Of a stretch of 64,000 nt of DNA, positions 11,080 to 25,179 are shown piece after piece. The stretch comes from Eledone cirrhosa (lineage: Eukaryota), in NCBI GenBank assembly GCA_964016885.1, contig OZ024741.1, forward strand, positions 298,654,001-298,718,000, given 5' to 3'. Below the pieces are notes generated by a model, which worked only from the letters and a program-made list of their open reading frames with translations, was not told the origin of the DNA and searched no databases. The position numbers and the translations under genes were made by a program. Position 1 is the stretch's first letter; each line of letters opens with the position of its first letter.

Positions 11080-13855
11080 ACAGGCTTATATAGAGAGAAG
11101 GCCCAACCGCTCGGGCCATCTTTGCCACATTCACCCAAAATGATATTTGAAAAAACGAATCAGTTGCTCGCCGGAGAGAAAGGTGTCTGACCTCAGCCCT
11201 TTTAACCTCGTCCACCATATAACCTCTTTCACCATAGACATAACACATAGGAAAACCGCCTCTCCCTCGTTTTTGAAGGAGGGTGACGGTTTGATCATGA
11301 CAATGGACTCGGTGGTCAACTGGATTGGTCCCACTCGCGACAATAGTCGTTCTACATAGCCCCACAGGTCGGTAACGCCCGGGCAGTGTACAAATGCGTG
11401 TGCGACGGTTTCCTCGCCGCGCACGCATCTCGGACAGATCTTTTTCGAAGGGTACCTACACGGGCGCCCGTGTCTGTAGAGCTTGTCTCGAACTGGTAGA
11501 GCTCCTCGGTAGCACTGCCAGGCCAGGGACCTTTGGAAGTTGTCCATTGGTCCCGGGCGGAAGGTCCTACCAAAAGACTGGCCAATTCGTCCTCCTCTAC
11601 GCCTAGAGTTTCTCCGAGCGTGTCGTCGCACTTGCTGCGGACCAACCCTCTATATAATTTCGAAGTGGAGTCTCCACTGAAGGCCGGGTCCGTTTGCCAG
11701 AGGACTGTGAGCGCCTGAGCACATTCGATATGCCAGTCACCCATTTTACTCGTCTTTGCTTCATCCAGGTTTGCAGCTCGGTCAGCGAGACGAGTCGTGG
11801 GAAGGCTCGCCTCACGAACGGGGCCCTCACCGGATGTCTGGTGAGGAATACGTGGAGGTGGCGCAGCCTGAGCGCGTGTTTGCGCATCGTCAGCCACAGA
11901 ATCCCCATCCCCCCGTTTGAAGGGTGTTGCCAGCAGATGGATCTTCTCACCAAAGGAGCCCGTTTCTTCCAAAGGAAACATCTTGGCCGTCACTTCGTTC
12001 CAGTTCTTCTCCACCTGGAGGTCAGGACCAAACCAGACCCCAAGCAGCTTTACCGGTCCTTCCATCCAGCGTCCGACGACGTAATCGGAAGGCATCGGTT
12101 TGCCTCTCCACGTTCCGAGTTGCAAACAGTCGGATTTGTCCCGGTTCAGTTTCGCTCCTGTGAACCTTTCGTATTCCTCCAGTAAGGTGCCGATCTCCCC
12201 GATTTGCGAGGTGCTCGAGAACATTACTGTCACGTCGTCGGCGTAGGCCGACGCTGCTTTTAGCAGTCCAGGTTCCAAAGGGATGCCCTGCAATAGCTCC
12301 AACTTCCGCAGTAGTGGCTCGAGAGTCAGTACGTACAGAAGGGAGGAAAGAGAGCATCCCTGTCGGATGGATCGCGTGATATTTTAACGGCTCCGAGAGG
12401 TAACCATTCACCTTGACCCTTGAGCAGATGTTGCTGTTGTGCATTGCAGCAATCCAGCCCCTGAACACGGGTCTGAAGCCTGCCGCCTCGAGGACCGCAT
12501 CCAGGTAACGATGGTCAACCCTATCGAAATACTTCGACTGATCCAAGTTGACCAGGGACCCACCGAAGCCGGGTTTATACCCTACCCTCTCTATGATGTA
12601 TCGCATGAGGTGGAGGTTGTCTTGTATGGACCTGGTCGGGATTGCGTATGTCTGCGCTTCTCCCACCAGGTTTTCGACGACAAGCGCCAGCGTCTTTGCC
12701 AACACCTTGGCCAAAATCTTTAACTCTGTGTTGAGCAGAGTTATGGGCCGGAAGTTGCCTATGTCATCCCCCTCGTTCTCGTCCTTCCTGACTAACGTGA
12801 TTACGCCCTTGGTCACAGAACTGGGAATTCTCCCGATCTGCTGCTAGTTGCAGTAGATCGCTTCCAGGAGACCGGAGAACAAGTCCGGCATTGCTACGTA
12901 AAATTCGTAGGGTAGACCGTCGATACCTGGAGATTTGCGTTTGCCGCATTGGCTCAGCGTGTCCCCTATCTCAGCAGCCGAAATCGGCCTTTCTCAGAAC
13001 TTTGCCTCGCTGTCCGAGAGTCGCGGTAGGCCGAAATCCATAGCTCCTCCCGGCGCGCCGCCCTGCCCGAACAGTCGAGCAAAGTGCTGCTGAAAGGCCG
13101 CGCACATTTGCTTCGGCTCACGTATCACGCGTCCGTCTTGGTCCTTCAAAGACCGAATCGTGGACTTGTTGCCACTTTTCGCCTCCGTCACTCGGGCCCA
13201 GCTAACAGCTTTGGCTCCCTCGTTTCTCAGAGCACGTATTTTGCTTCTGACAACGCAGCCCTCATGCTTTGCGTCGAAGAACTAGTCCAAGGCCGTTCTC
13301 GTCGCTAGCACGCTGGCTACGTTGCCACTCCTAAGTGCCTGTTCTATTTTATCTACCAGTTCCTTTTCGGTCTTATTTCTATCTAACACTAATTCTTTAC
13401 TAAAACCTATCGAGTCTAATCTAACTGTCCTCTTGAGAGAGTACTACCATCTGATGTTGACAATGGCCCCTGTCAAGTGCTGCTTAACTAAAGTGTTAAT
13501 CCGTCTACTGTAAGCTTTGCATGTCGGTAACGACAAGTTCAGCTTCCAGTAGCCGGGTCCCTATCTATGAGTTTTGTCAAGGTTGACTAAGCAGGTCACT
13601 AATTTGTGATTTGAATAGGCAACTATGAACATTTGTGGACAGCTTAACATGTCCCTATCCTTCTTTCTAACTAGAACCCTATCTAGGTACGATCTAGATG
13701 TTCCGCTATGATTAATCCACGTCCACAGCGGCACAATCGGAAAATCTAGTCGATATCTATCGGCCAGGTCAAATCGGCCGATTAACTGTTTGAGCTGTTA
13801 CACCCCCTCTATCGGGACATGCTCCCACATTCACGTACATTCACACATCCAACTC
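11080..13855 (-). pseudogene. L1/Tx1 ORF2 (AP endonuclease, reverse transcriptase, zinc finger), frameshifted
   Basis: GCVNVR, WTW..SYLDRVLV..SNHKLV, GPGYWKLN, NFRPITLLNTELKILAKVLA, LDQSKYFDRVDH, AYADDVT, CPRC..ETVAHAFVHC. Confidence 0.9.
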
Positions 13856-15144
13856 TTATATTGACCATGTTGGTGCTGAAATGTTAACAGAAGAGGAAAT
13901 AAAATCACTCACCTCTTCGTATCCTGGGGGCCAGGCTGCACAATTTCCATGGGGGTGTTGGAGGGGTTGTTTGGTGGGGTGGTGGTCTCTGGAGGGATGG
14001 GGGACAGAGATGTTTGGTGGGGAGGGGGTGTCTGGTGGGATGGGGAAACATTTTAACAGGACTCGATTGTAGGGCTTGACGCAGGGGTTACCTACGTCGT
14101 TAGGAAATTTTTCTTTTAACTGTTTATGTGTGTCCATGGAGGTCCTAATCATTTTAAGATTAGGATTCTCCGAAGAGTGTGTAAAAGTTTTCCCTCCGGT
14201 CTCCACCGACGGGTTTTTATATGTGGTGTCTGTTAAAGTTTTATTGTTAGTATTTATGTAGGTGTAACATTTTTGTTGTGTTGGGTTGCTTTTTGTCTGT
14301 GGTTCTTGTATGTGTTTACGTTTTGTAGTAGGTGTTTAGTTTTCAGGAGGGGGTGTTTTTGTTTGTGCTGTTTGTGTCGCTTGTGTTGGTGTTTGTGTGT
14401 TTGTTGCATTTTTGTTTGTGTTATGCCTTTTCTTTTTTCTTTTTACTGGTCGGAAAGGCTCTCCTTCATCGTCACCCAGTGACGATGATGAGGCCTCATC
14501 CGTGTTGTTGGGGAGCGGTACGTTTTGGGGAGCTGTTATGTGTGTGGGTGTTTCTGGAGTTGTTTTTGGTGAGGAGGGGTTGGGTGGGACTGTGTTTGTC
14601 GTTTGTTTTGTTGTCACTATTTTTTAATGTTGTTGTTGTGGTGGTGGTGGTGATTGTTGTGCTGGTGTTGCAGGTGTTGGCAGTAATGCCTTTTTTTGGC
14701 TAGTTATCCGAGGACAGGAAGCTCTCAGGTGACCCCTGCTTGAGCAGTGGTAACATGAGGGCCGCATACCCTCGACCGAAATGTTTATGTATATAAGTCC
14801 ATCCAGCAGCACACGTTCCGGGATCCTAGCTATTCGTTCTGGTGTCATTTGGAACAGAATTTCCAGGCTAGTTCCGCTGAACAGGTCGCCGGAGGACTTA
14901 CCTACCGATATTATATAGTCTGTTTCCTGGTTTAAAAATCCACATAGTACCCACTAAATATTAATATTTGGTGTGATACTTTGGATTTTTATTTTCTGTG
15001 TCCTGTTCCCCATGTAAGTGGGGAAAAAGGTGAACAGCGGTGACACAATTGGCGACACAGAATATTTATGTGCCGTCAATTGGTCTTTCATTAGAATGGA
15101 TAAACTCCCGTAGAGTCTACCCTTCTGAATAAAAGCAATAGCAA
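13856..15144 (-). pseudogene. L1/Tx1 ORF1 (gag-like, zinc knuckle), disrupted
   Basis: VEGMRPSCYHCSSRGHLRASCP (CX2CX4HX4C) followed by a Pro/Thr-rich linker; the frame runs to the truncation point. Confidence 0.8.
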
Positions 15145-15433
15145 GCCGATAGATAGATAGATAGATAGAGAAAGAGGGGGGGGGAGGGGGACGGACGAAA
15201 GTTTATCAAAATTAAAAAAAGAAAGGGTGCGTATGTGAGTATTTAGTTCCACACACATATAATCAACAAAGCAAATGAATAATAACAATAAAAATAAATC
15301 AGAATTTTCTATGATTTAGTTTCAGTCTTTTGATAGGACTGTGGTCATATAAGTCAAAGTATATTAATGCTAATACTTATTTCAGTCTATAACTTCTTAT
15401 CGATCTATATTGCGGGACAAATGCAAGAAAACG

Positions 15434-15473
<40 letters not shown>

Positions 15474-15671
15474 ATATCTATGTTTCAAATAATACACATT
15501 TATAGTGTTGCAATTATTATTTTTCAAGATATTGACCGCCGAATGAGTAATTTTTGCCCCGAGCCACGTCGTGTACTACTACGATTGTACCTTGAGCTGA
15601 TCGATCGCACGTCATGAATGAATAAACATAAACATATTATTTTGACACATCGTTCCTACTCCTTATTATAT

Positions 15672-15855
15672 ATACTCGAAAAAAGGACAACGCAGTAGCC
15701 CGGAGGAGAGCATCTTCAAATGCAGTCGCTGTATACAGGTTTGCCACTCCCGTGTCGGCCTGTTCAGCCACAACAGACACTGCCCTGCCGTCAGCAGCTG
15801 ACAAACTTTCCCAGGCGCAGATCCATGGTCTTTCGAGACCGACAGTTGTCAATAA
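15672..15855 (+). mobile_element. RTE/BovB-like LINE 3' end
   Basis: FKCSRCIQVCHSRVGLFSHNRHC zinc finger, then a short UTR ..ATGGTCTTTCGAGACCGAC. Confidence 0.7.
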
Positions 15856-16329
15856 AAAATATATATTAAGCAATTTATCGAAGTTGCATTTGCCCATAGG
15901 CAACACCAATCGAGTTATCTGAAGTAGTCTCCTCCTCAATCAATCATACAAGAAACGGATTCCTTGTTTCAGAGTGAACTCAAAGGGTTTTGAAGAAAAT
16001 GACCGAGAACAATCTGTGTATGTCCCTTATGGTATCAACAAGAACAAATAACAAGGAGAAATATATATTTATGGGGTTTCTAATGTCTATCTGTTAGTGC
16101 ACTTGCAGTTACAAGCGCACACCAAATAGAAACAATTGGGGCTGGAATACATCTTGCTTAGCTGGCATTTGTCGGAACGCACAAACGAAACACACACACA
16201 CACGCACACAGACATACATACCACACACACACACACACATGCGCGCGCATATATATATATAATAAAGGATAAAGATCCCATAACTCCTTGTGGAGTCGTA
16301 GAGGCACTGTCATACGGCGTGTCTAGGGC

Positions 16330-16454
<125 letters not shown>

Positions 16455-17227
16455 GTTGAGACTTCACTTGCAGTTCTAAACAATTTAATGAAGAGAAAAA
16501 GAAAAGTAGGGAAAGGAAACAGGAACAAAGCAAAAAGAAAGAGAAAAATAACAAAAAACGAGAAAAGAGAAAAAAAACGAAAAAAGTAAAACGACAAAAG
16601 AAAAGAACAAAGGGGAGAGAATAGAAAGGAGAGAGAAGGAAGTTGGGAAGAGAGAAGAGGGGTGCAGGGGTGAGAAGGAGTATTATAAGTTGATGATGAT
16701 GATGATAGTGGACGAAGTGAATCAGTGGTTTTGGTTATCTGACCCTTGGAATTGCAAGTACATTCCATCTCACGGGCTTCCAAACAGTTTTCGTCAATCC
16801 AATTTCACTCTCTAGATAATGGAACGACTCAAGGCTATGGTAAATGAGCCTCACCCAAGATGTCAGGCTATGGGATCGAACCCATTTCCTAATGACTGCG
16901 ACACGAACCTCTTAACCATTCCGCCATGTTGCGTCCACTTTTCATATCTCCTTATAATATATAACCAGCAATTTCTCCCTCTGTCTGTCCGACAGTGGAA
17001 ACACGTGCGCGCGTGGTTGCTATCTCTCTCTCCAGCTATCCCTCTCTTTTAGTCTGTCTGTTTCTCTCACTCTTACTCTTTCTCTTTGTAACACACTAAC
17101 ATTCCTCCCCTCTATCGCTGTGACGAATGGGGAGATGGAGGAGGAGGAGGAGGAGAGAGTCACTTCGTCACTTCACCTCTGCCTTTCTTTCTCTCCCCTC
17201 TCACTCCCTCATTACGTACAGACATTA

Positions 17228-17420
17228 GGGCGGTGGATTGGCAGAATCTGTAGAGAGTCGGACACCATGCTTCATAGCATGGAGTTACGTCCCTTTACGG
17301 TCTGAGTTCAAATACCGCCGAGGTTAACTTTGCCTTTCATCCTCATGGGGTCGATAAAATAAAGTACCAGTAATGTACTGGCTAATTGCTGGCCTTGTGC
17401 CAAAAGTAGAAACAATTATT
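17228..17420 (+). mobile_element. SINE subfamily B
   Basis: Full head, core and tail. Confidence 0.85.
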
Positions 17421-17616
17421 AGAAACATTGCTTCATTTTTACATATCTAAGCATTAGTAAAATAACTAATAATTTCAAAAGTAATTTTTCAATTCCAATT
17501 GTTATGAACAGTAAAACATTAATAATAATTTTGTTCTAAGAAATATATATACATTTCTGTGTGTGTAATATATATATATATATACACACAGAAATATATA
17601 TACATTTCTGTGTGTG

Positions 17617-17665
<49 letters not shown>

Positions 17666-17714
17666 GAAATATATATACATTTCTGTGTGTGTAATATATA
17701 TATACACACACAGA

Positions 17715-17983
17715 AATATATGGGCATTTCTCTGTCTGTCTGTCTATCTGTCTGTCTGTCCTTCCCTAAAACTCAAATGTAGGTGCTACAGAAATATTAC
17801 CTTCCCCTTCCTTTCTCCACTTTGGTACTACCAAGAGAAACACTGTCGCTATAGAAACATTACCTTCCCCTCTCCACTGACTTTGGTCACTGAGGCCGAG
17901 GGAATCGCTGGTTTCTATAGAGACACCTTGCACAAGCCAGAAGTAACCAGTTCGAGGCGTTTCTGACTTGACACCATGCCAAG
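17715..17983 (+). mobile_element. Non-autonomous Helitron-like unit 1
   Basis: (TCTG)n near the 5' end, subterminal hairpin CAAGCCAGAA/TTCTGACTTG, ends CAAG. Confidence 0.45.
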
Positions 17984-18687
17984 TCTACTTATAATATATA
18001 ATGGGCATTTCTCTGTTTGTTTGTCTGTCTGTCCGTCTGTAAAAAATGCCAAGGAAACAAATAGACGCGGTTTCAAATCTCTATGCTTTTCAAAATTCAT
18101 TACATTAATCTTTATTTATACGTTTCGCTTTACGAGTGTTTCGACTTACGAGTGTTTCAGCTTACGAGTGTTTCGGCTTATCATTATATATAAACGTTTG
18201 TAGTATCGGTAGAGGGTCGGACGCCATGCTTTCCAGCATAGTTACGTCCCTTTACGATCTGAGTTCAAATCCCGCCGAGGTTGACTTTGCCTTTCATCCT
18301 TAAGGGGTCGAGAAAATAAAGTACCAGTAATGCACTGGGTAATTGCTGCCCTTGTGCCTAAAGTAGAAACAATTATATATAAACGTTTCTATTTCCATCG
18401 TTTTATCGTAAACGTTTATATATTTCCATCGTTATATCATAACGTTTATGTATCATCACGTTTATATTTCCGTCACTAATCTCTTTTTCTCCTTTTTCGT
18501 TTTAACATATATTTATTTCAAAGATTTCACCGCATAGATAACATATATATTTATACATGCATAAAAGACACACCGAGAGACGGTGAACATGTGGTGCCGA
18601 AAACATTTCTCATCCAAATCTCAACAATATCAGTATATACACTAGAGTTGCTAGCAGAAAACCGCCCACCGGGTGGTTTTCTGCTAG
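17984..18687 (+). mobile_element. Non-autonomous Helitron-like unit 2 (contains a SINE)
   Basis: Starts TCTACTTATAATATATAA, has (TCTG)n, ends with hairpin CTAGCAGAAAACCGCCC..GGGTGGTTTTCTG-CTAG. Confidence 0.6.
18200..18371 (+). mobile_element. SINE subfamily B with 17-bp TSD
   Basis: ATTATATATAAACGTTT at 18183-18199 and 18372-18388. Confidence 0.9.
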
Positions 18688-19581
18688 TCTGTATATATAA
18701 AACTGAGGATGTCTGTCTGTGTGTGTGTGAGTTCGAATCCCTAAAACTCGAGAAGCACCGAACTGACTGTTTTCAAAATTTACAAATGTAATACTTATGA
18801 TTCAAGGAGTGTTCTGAGCAAAAAGAATTTCAAATTTTCAATGCCATAGGGACCGTATTAGGCGATTTAGCGATCTCGCTCTATAATTCTTAGCCTTTCT
18901 CTTTTTAGATAGATACATACATATAACGTCGCGCCCTTATAATATCTGTCTGTGTGTGGTGGCTGTCTGCATTACGTCACTTCCCTGAGGATGTCTGTCT
19001 GTCTTTGTGTGTCTGTGAGTTCGAATCCCTAAATCTCGAGAAGTACCCAACCGATTTTTTTCAAACTTTACAAATTCAACTTTTTTTTTTAATCTCCTTG
19101 GGCTCGCATTAAGTGAAAAACTGCGTTTTTATAAAAACATTTTGAGGGGTTTTTTGAGGCGTTATATCAGACCGATTTCCTTGAAATTGTAACTATGTAT
19201 TAGTCCGTCTCTTTTTCATACCGTAAGCAAAAAAAATCCAACTTTCTTATGGCCTAGGGCCCGATTTAGGTGAAAAACTTCAATTTTTCAGCTTCTTAGG
19301 GCTTTTTGGAGGCGTTACGTCTAGCCGATTTTCCCGAAATTTCAAGGCATATTATGCACATAAAAAAATTCATTTTCTTGATCCCCTAGGGCCAGCATTA
19401 GGTGAAAACCTTCATTTTTCCTGCTTCATCGAGGGAAATCTTAAAGATTATCCAGCCATCAGAGTATCCGGTTTATTTTCTTTACATATTGTCCAGGCAT
19501 ACAGTTTTTCCACGATTAGGTCTGTTGGCGGCCCGCGTTCCAAAATACCTTAACTCGTGCAACGCCGGGTACCACTGCTAG
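18688..19581 (+). mobile_element. Non-autonomous Helitron unit 3
   Basis: 5'-TC start; 3' hairpin (C)TCGTGCAACGCCGGG then CTAG|T; second copy at 31572-32208. Confidence 0.8.
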
Positions 19582-20242
19582 TATAGAATATTTTGGACAT
19601 CATTATCCAGTGTGTCCTTTTTTAATACAGTGAGTTAGAATTTGAGGAAGATATGACTGGCTACTAATTCTAGCAGTCATAACGACCGTATAGAGAATCT
19701 ATTGTTGTCTCAATAGGCTTAATAATTTTAGTAAAAGAGGAAATACTAAGTTTTAATGGTTGATGTTTTTCCCGATATTATGGACGAAGTACATTAACTA
19801 AAATACTTTTCATGAGAGACCGAAACCGAGTAGCCAACTCAGTTGACTGTGAGCTGACCTATACCCTACACTGCTGCTTATAATATATCATCAATTATAT
19901 TAGCGTAAAGACCGAACATTTTCCAGTTGGCTGGGGTATCTAGAAATATATTTTACGAAATGATTGATGCTGTGCAGATGAAGAATGAAATATCTTCTGA
20001 CAGCACACACATGGACTTACATGTGACACTAAAATAGCAGTTATCTGGCATTGAATATTTATGGTGGTGCATTGGCAGAATTGTTAGAACGCCAGACAAA
20101 AATTACTTGCAGTATTTAGTTTTGACCTGAGTTCAAATCTAACTAATATCATCTATACCTTTCATTCTTATAGACTCAATAAAATAAATACCATTCAAGT
20201 ACGATGACTGTTCTCTTCACAATTCTTGGGTTTGGGCTTATA

Positions 20243-21573
20243 CAGGGTAACTAAAATATAAAAAAACTGGCCCCATTTTAATTTTTGTTTACATTATTCA
20301 CTACTTGACGTAAATGACAAAACTTAGAATGTATTTAGATCAATCCATTAAAAAAATAACATATCTAAAATTCATTATCTTCTGATGTTTTAGTCTAGAG
20401 TTACAGCACATGTTCCAAGAAATCCCCATTTGAATCCATGCATGTTTTAAGGCGCATGTTGAAATTTAACATAACTTCTTTACAAACAAACCTAAAGGTG
20501 GCTCTGATCTGATATTTTCCTTTAGTTCAGTGATGGTCCTAGGTATGTTGACATATACTCTATCTTTCAGATAGCCCTAAAGAAAGAAATCTGGGAGGGG
20601 GTCTTAAATCAGGGCCGTGTGAGGTCCACACAAAACAGTCTTCCAACTGATCACACGATTTCCAAAATTATTTTTCTGACATTCTCGCGACTTTTTGAAG
20701 GTGGTGATAGGTCTTGTTTCATCTTGCTGAAACCAGAAATTATTCATTAGAAATGGGTGCATGTTCCTATTCGAAGTATTCCAGAACCTACACGTAGCGT
20801 TCCTTTGTACCCCATTTTCTTCGATGCAGAATAGCTAATTAACCATTTCTCAACGGTACATTTAGCTGAATGGAGCGGTTTTACAGCCACACCAGTGGGT
20901 TTCTCTGAACCCCAGATTACATTGTTTTTAGCATTGAAATTCCTTCTATGTGAAAATGGGCTTCATCAGAGCTCCACTGTAGATTCAGAAAATTTGGGTT
21001 GTTTTCCATCATCTCCAGCATTTTCTTAGTCACAGCATTTCTTTTATTAGCTACAATAAGCTTTTTGTAGTCTGTATTCTGTAAGGGTACTTTTAAGATC
21101 CTCTTTGACAACCCTTCTGCAAGTGACTGTGGAGAGAGACCCAAGGAATGGCTTCTCTTGTGCAGCAATCATTTTGAGCTCTGTTCAACGGACTCTCGGG
21201 TTATGTCAATAGAATCATGTGTACGCTTCCTGGGTTGTCGAGAGTGGGTAGGACGGTCCTCATACATTATGTTGAGGTTCTCCTCTCTCCCATAGGTCTC
21301 AAACCTCTTCACTCAGTTTTGTATAATGGCTTTGAAAGGAGTTTCGTCTGTTCCAAAGAGAAATGCATGAAATTGCTCCTGGACCTGCTTGTACGAGTCA
21401 CATTTATAGTAGAGTTTCACACAGACAAATCCTGTGTTGGAGTTCCCTTGTGGTCCTGTTGGCTTTTCAGATATTGTATCATCTATGTCCTGAAATTTAA
21501 GGTTAATCGGTTAGACAATGAATATACAGTGACACGAAAAGTGCGCCAAGCCACTCAGCTTTGAGTGACGCTG
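20243..21573 (-). mobile_element. Decayed Tc1/mariner transposon, DD41D/rosa-like
   Basis: TA-flanked imperfect TIRs CAGGGTAACTAAAA / CAGCGTCACTCAAA; motifs WSSDEAHFH, WFQQD, FGNRVIS..W..HGPDL, YLKDRVY; about 41 residues between the 2nd and 3rd Asp. Confidence 0.8.
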
Positions 21574-21601
21574 TATTAGAAATCATTATTTATAACCAAA
21601 G

Positions 21602-21785
21602 GGTGGTGAATTGGCAGTATCGGTAGAGGGTCGGACGCCATGCTTTCCAGCATAGTTACGTCCCTTTACGATCTGAGTTCAAATACCGCTGAGGTTCACT
21701 TTGCCTTTCATCCTTACGGGGTCGATAAAATAAAGTACCAGTAATGTACTGGATAATTGCTGGCCTTGTGCAAAAAGTAGAAACA
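21602..21785 (+). mobile_element. SINE subfamily B with 17-bp TSD
   Basis: ATTATTTATAA(C/A)CAAAG at 21585-21601 and 21786-21802. Confidence 0.9.
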
Positions 21786-22454
21786 ATTATTTATAAACAA
21801 AGCCTGATATTGAATCATAGACTCAGCTTACGGGATGCGGGTTACTTTCCTTCTAAACTGCATAGGACACACTGACAGTGTTCACAACATATATGCAGCG
21901 CGTAAATCCCATCTACAGCGCTGAAAACACATACATACACATACACTTACAGGTATATAATATCATGAGAAATACTAAACAACTATAGAAATGTTATATC
22001 CATCGAAACCTGAGTCACCATGTAGTTCATCGATTTGCTGAAAATAGCAACCAAATCTCCTTTCTATTCCCCCCTTAAAAGAAAAAAGAAAAAAAAAGAA
22101 GTCCTAAATATGCAAAGAGACAGGATGGTAATGGTGAGAATGGCTTTGAATAATTTAAACCTAGATACACTACGGTAGAAAAAAGAAGATAGGATTAAGG
22201 AAGAAATTGATAACCTGGTTACTTACAACCGACTGGAATCAGCTAAAGGCACAAGACCCCTGTTGTTATCTTAAACTGAGTGACGGATTACGTTTATTAC
22301 TCAAGAGTAAGTACAGTTCACCCGAGGAACTTGCGCACAGTTTTTGTAAACCCAGTTTTACTCACATGCTTGGCTTGTCTCCCAGTGAGATCGAACCCAG
22401 AGCCATGTGATTGCGGAAGCATATAATAGTATTAAATGTTTTTGTACTTCTGTC

Positions 22455-23062
22455 GATTCCTATGATGAGTGCTCTTGTTTATTCAATCAACAGAACTACC
22501 TGCTCTTGAAATTAACGTGTAAGTGAATGAACATTCCATAGACACCTATAGACTTAATTCAATTCTCAGGAAGATTCAATATGACACAGGGTGTGACAAG
22601 ACTGCTGCTTCAAATTACAGATACAACTAAATAAATTATCTTCCTGAAGGACACGATGCACAACTGGGAAATTGAACTGACGACCTTTCCATCGTCAGCC
22701 GAACGCACTAACCACTAAGCCACGTCCATTTACTGGTAGCAAATATGTTGTTGCTGGACCTCCGTCGTTTCGGACAAAGAGTGCTCAAGGGGATTCAGTC
22801 AACGGAACTATCAGCTCGTGAAATTACCATGTAAGTGTATGGACATTGTACCGACACGTACCTCCTTAATACAATTCTCATGAAGATTTAGCGTGAGACG
22901 AGGTATGACAAAACTGACCCCTTTTAATTACAGGTACAACTAATTGAGTGGACTAGAGTCATGTTAAATAAAGTGTCTTGATCAAGTGTCTCGAACCGCC
23001 GGCAATCGAACCTGCAACCTTACGATTGGCATCGGAACACACTAACCACTAAGCCGCGTGTA
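22455..23062 (-). mobile_element. Two tandem copies of SINE family C (tRNA head CGTGGCTTAGTGGTTAG)
   Basis: Both copies (about 22455-22730 and 22755-23062) match the reverse complement of 62040-62360. Confidence 0.75.
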
Positions 23063-24176
23063 GTAAATATAAGAAATAAATATAAGAAAAATCATGTCTA
23101 GTTACAAAACATAAGAATATTATTAACACCTTTTATTGTTATGATCAGTGATGGTTGACCTAGGTATGAATAGTAACATAACACAGCAAACTACTTCTTG
23201 GCTTTTCCACAAAATTCCTACTGTTTATTGAAGATCTATCGATGAGATGATATAGATATAATGAAGTAAAAATAATCGGAACAGCAAAAAAACAAAAACA
23301 AAAACAAAAACAATGAATAGAAAAAAACAAAAACAAAAAAAAAAACGACAACAACACAAAAGCAAAACCAAAATACAAGCAATCGAAACAAAACAACAAT
23401 AACATACAAAAGAAACGATTTTACCAGAAATCAAATCTGTACTTAAATTTACGTATAAACTCAGAATTGTTAATAAAACCTTATTTATAGACATAAGTAT
23501 TGAAAATAATAATAATAACGATAAAATAATGAATACTATGCATACTTAAAATCTTAATGTGAATAATGAGTGTACCGAAAGATACAAAAAAAAAAACTAA
23601 CAAAAAAAAAGAAACCTGTTATAAAAACATTAGTTAAAAGACTTCAGACGACATCAACTAGAACTGACTTCTTAAAGATCGAACTAAACAAAAATCAAAC
23701 GAATTATATCAACAAAGGATAGATGGATAGATCGATCATTGGCTAGATATTTTATTTGATTCTCAAAGCTATTACGGTACAAAATTATAGGATGCAATAA
23801 TGGGTTCCTCATACAAAATGTATATATTTCGTATTGTTGTATAGAGGATGAAAAAAAGGCAAAATTCTTAAAAGCATAAAAAAGTTATACGCAGGAGACT
23901 GGGTTGTTGAAATCTGTTCGACAATAAAAAAAATAGAGTATTCTTCCTCTAAGCTGTCTTCCAGAGCATTTCTATTATCACAAAAAAAAACAAACAAAAA
24001 AAAACATGAAAAAAAGTAACAGGGAGATAAGATAAAAGTAAAGTAAACCATGCGAACAAAGACAATATTAATGTGAAAGAATACTGAGATATAAAGTCAA
24101 GGAATCGGCGATCCTTCCTTCACTTGTAATATATTTAACATTATTTACTATTTCAGACCTTGTTACCTAATTTAGA

Positions 24177-24415
24177 AGCGGCGAATTGACAGAGTCTAAG
24201 AACACCAGATAGAATATTTTGTGGCATTCGATCCGTCGCTCGGTGTTTTGAGTTCAAATACCACAGAAGTAAACTTTGCCTGTTAGCCTTTCGAAGTCGA
24301 TAAACAAAGTACCAGTTCAACACTGGAGTCAATTCTTCTTCTATCTCTCTTTCTCTGGAAGAAATCGGCTGTATTCAGATTTGGAGGGGAATGAGCTCCA
24401 TTGGGTTTAAATACC
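24177..24415 (+). mobile_element. SINE family A
   Basis: Head, core and CTGGAAGAAATCGGCTG tail. Confidence 0.75.
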
Positions 24416-25179
24416 CAAAACATATCGTAGAATACACAGTACCCTTAGGACCCTACCAAGTGTTGAGGGATGATAGGTGTATTCTGGTTCCTTCGTTCTA
24501 AGAAACATTGTATCGTTAATCACCAAGTTGCCACAGAGAGAGAGTCTCCACGTAGTTACTTTATCTGCTAGAAATAACCGTCAAATTTCTCTCAAATTAC
24601 ACCTTAGGTTACTTTGGATAATCTAGTCTGAGTAAACTTCTCCACCTCCCTGCTTCTCCTCTGTATTTGATCTTTCCTCATTGTTATTGTGCCCTACCGT
24701 AAGGTAAAAAATGTTCAGATGTTTCCAGAACAACGTAACTAATAAATATCAAAAAAACATTATTGTTAATGTTATATTTAAAGAAAATAAAATGGTCAAG
24801 GCTAGAAGACCTTTGATCTACTTAGTCAAAGTTGACCATGGGTTAAACAATGCCACCTACCGAGAATATCACTGAGTGGTCACTCGACCAACTGGATACA
24901 GCAATACAATTTCCTCGTAAGTCGTAAATTGTTGTCTAGTAAAATAAAAGATACACACACACACACATATATATATACATAATATATATAGATACATGCT
25001 ACCTTTGAATGAGTGACGTGTTGATTTTGATTGTGGAACTGCTCGATCACACTTGACCTGTGTCTGAATAATAACGACATCAGCATTTTGAGAAGTAGAC
25101 ACTTATGAAAAAATATAAAGGCCCTTAACTGCTGACGGAGTCGTAGGGACGCCGTCATGAAGTACAGCGTGTCTTGCAC

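Larger units (their letters stand above)
10846..15144 (-). mobile_element. L1/Tx1-clade LINE, 5'-truncated and decayed
   Basis: ORF1 with CCHC knuckle; ORF2 with APE, RT and C-terminal zinc finger; AATAAA near the 3' end; direct repeat GCCGATAGATA at 10835-10845 and 15145-15155. Confidence 0.9.

Noticed and set aside
13754-13765. Internal GGCCGATAGATA matching the LINE target repeat
   Set aside because: Lies in coding sequence in the opposite orientation; likely chance
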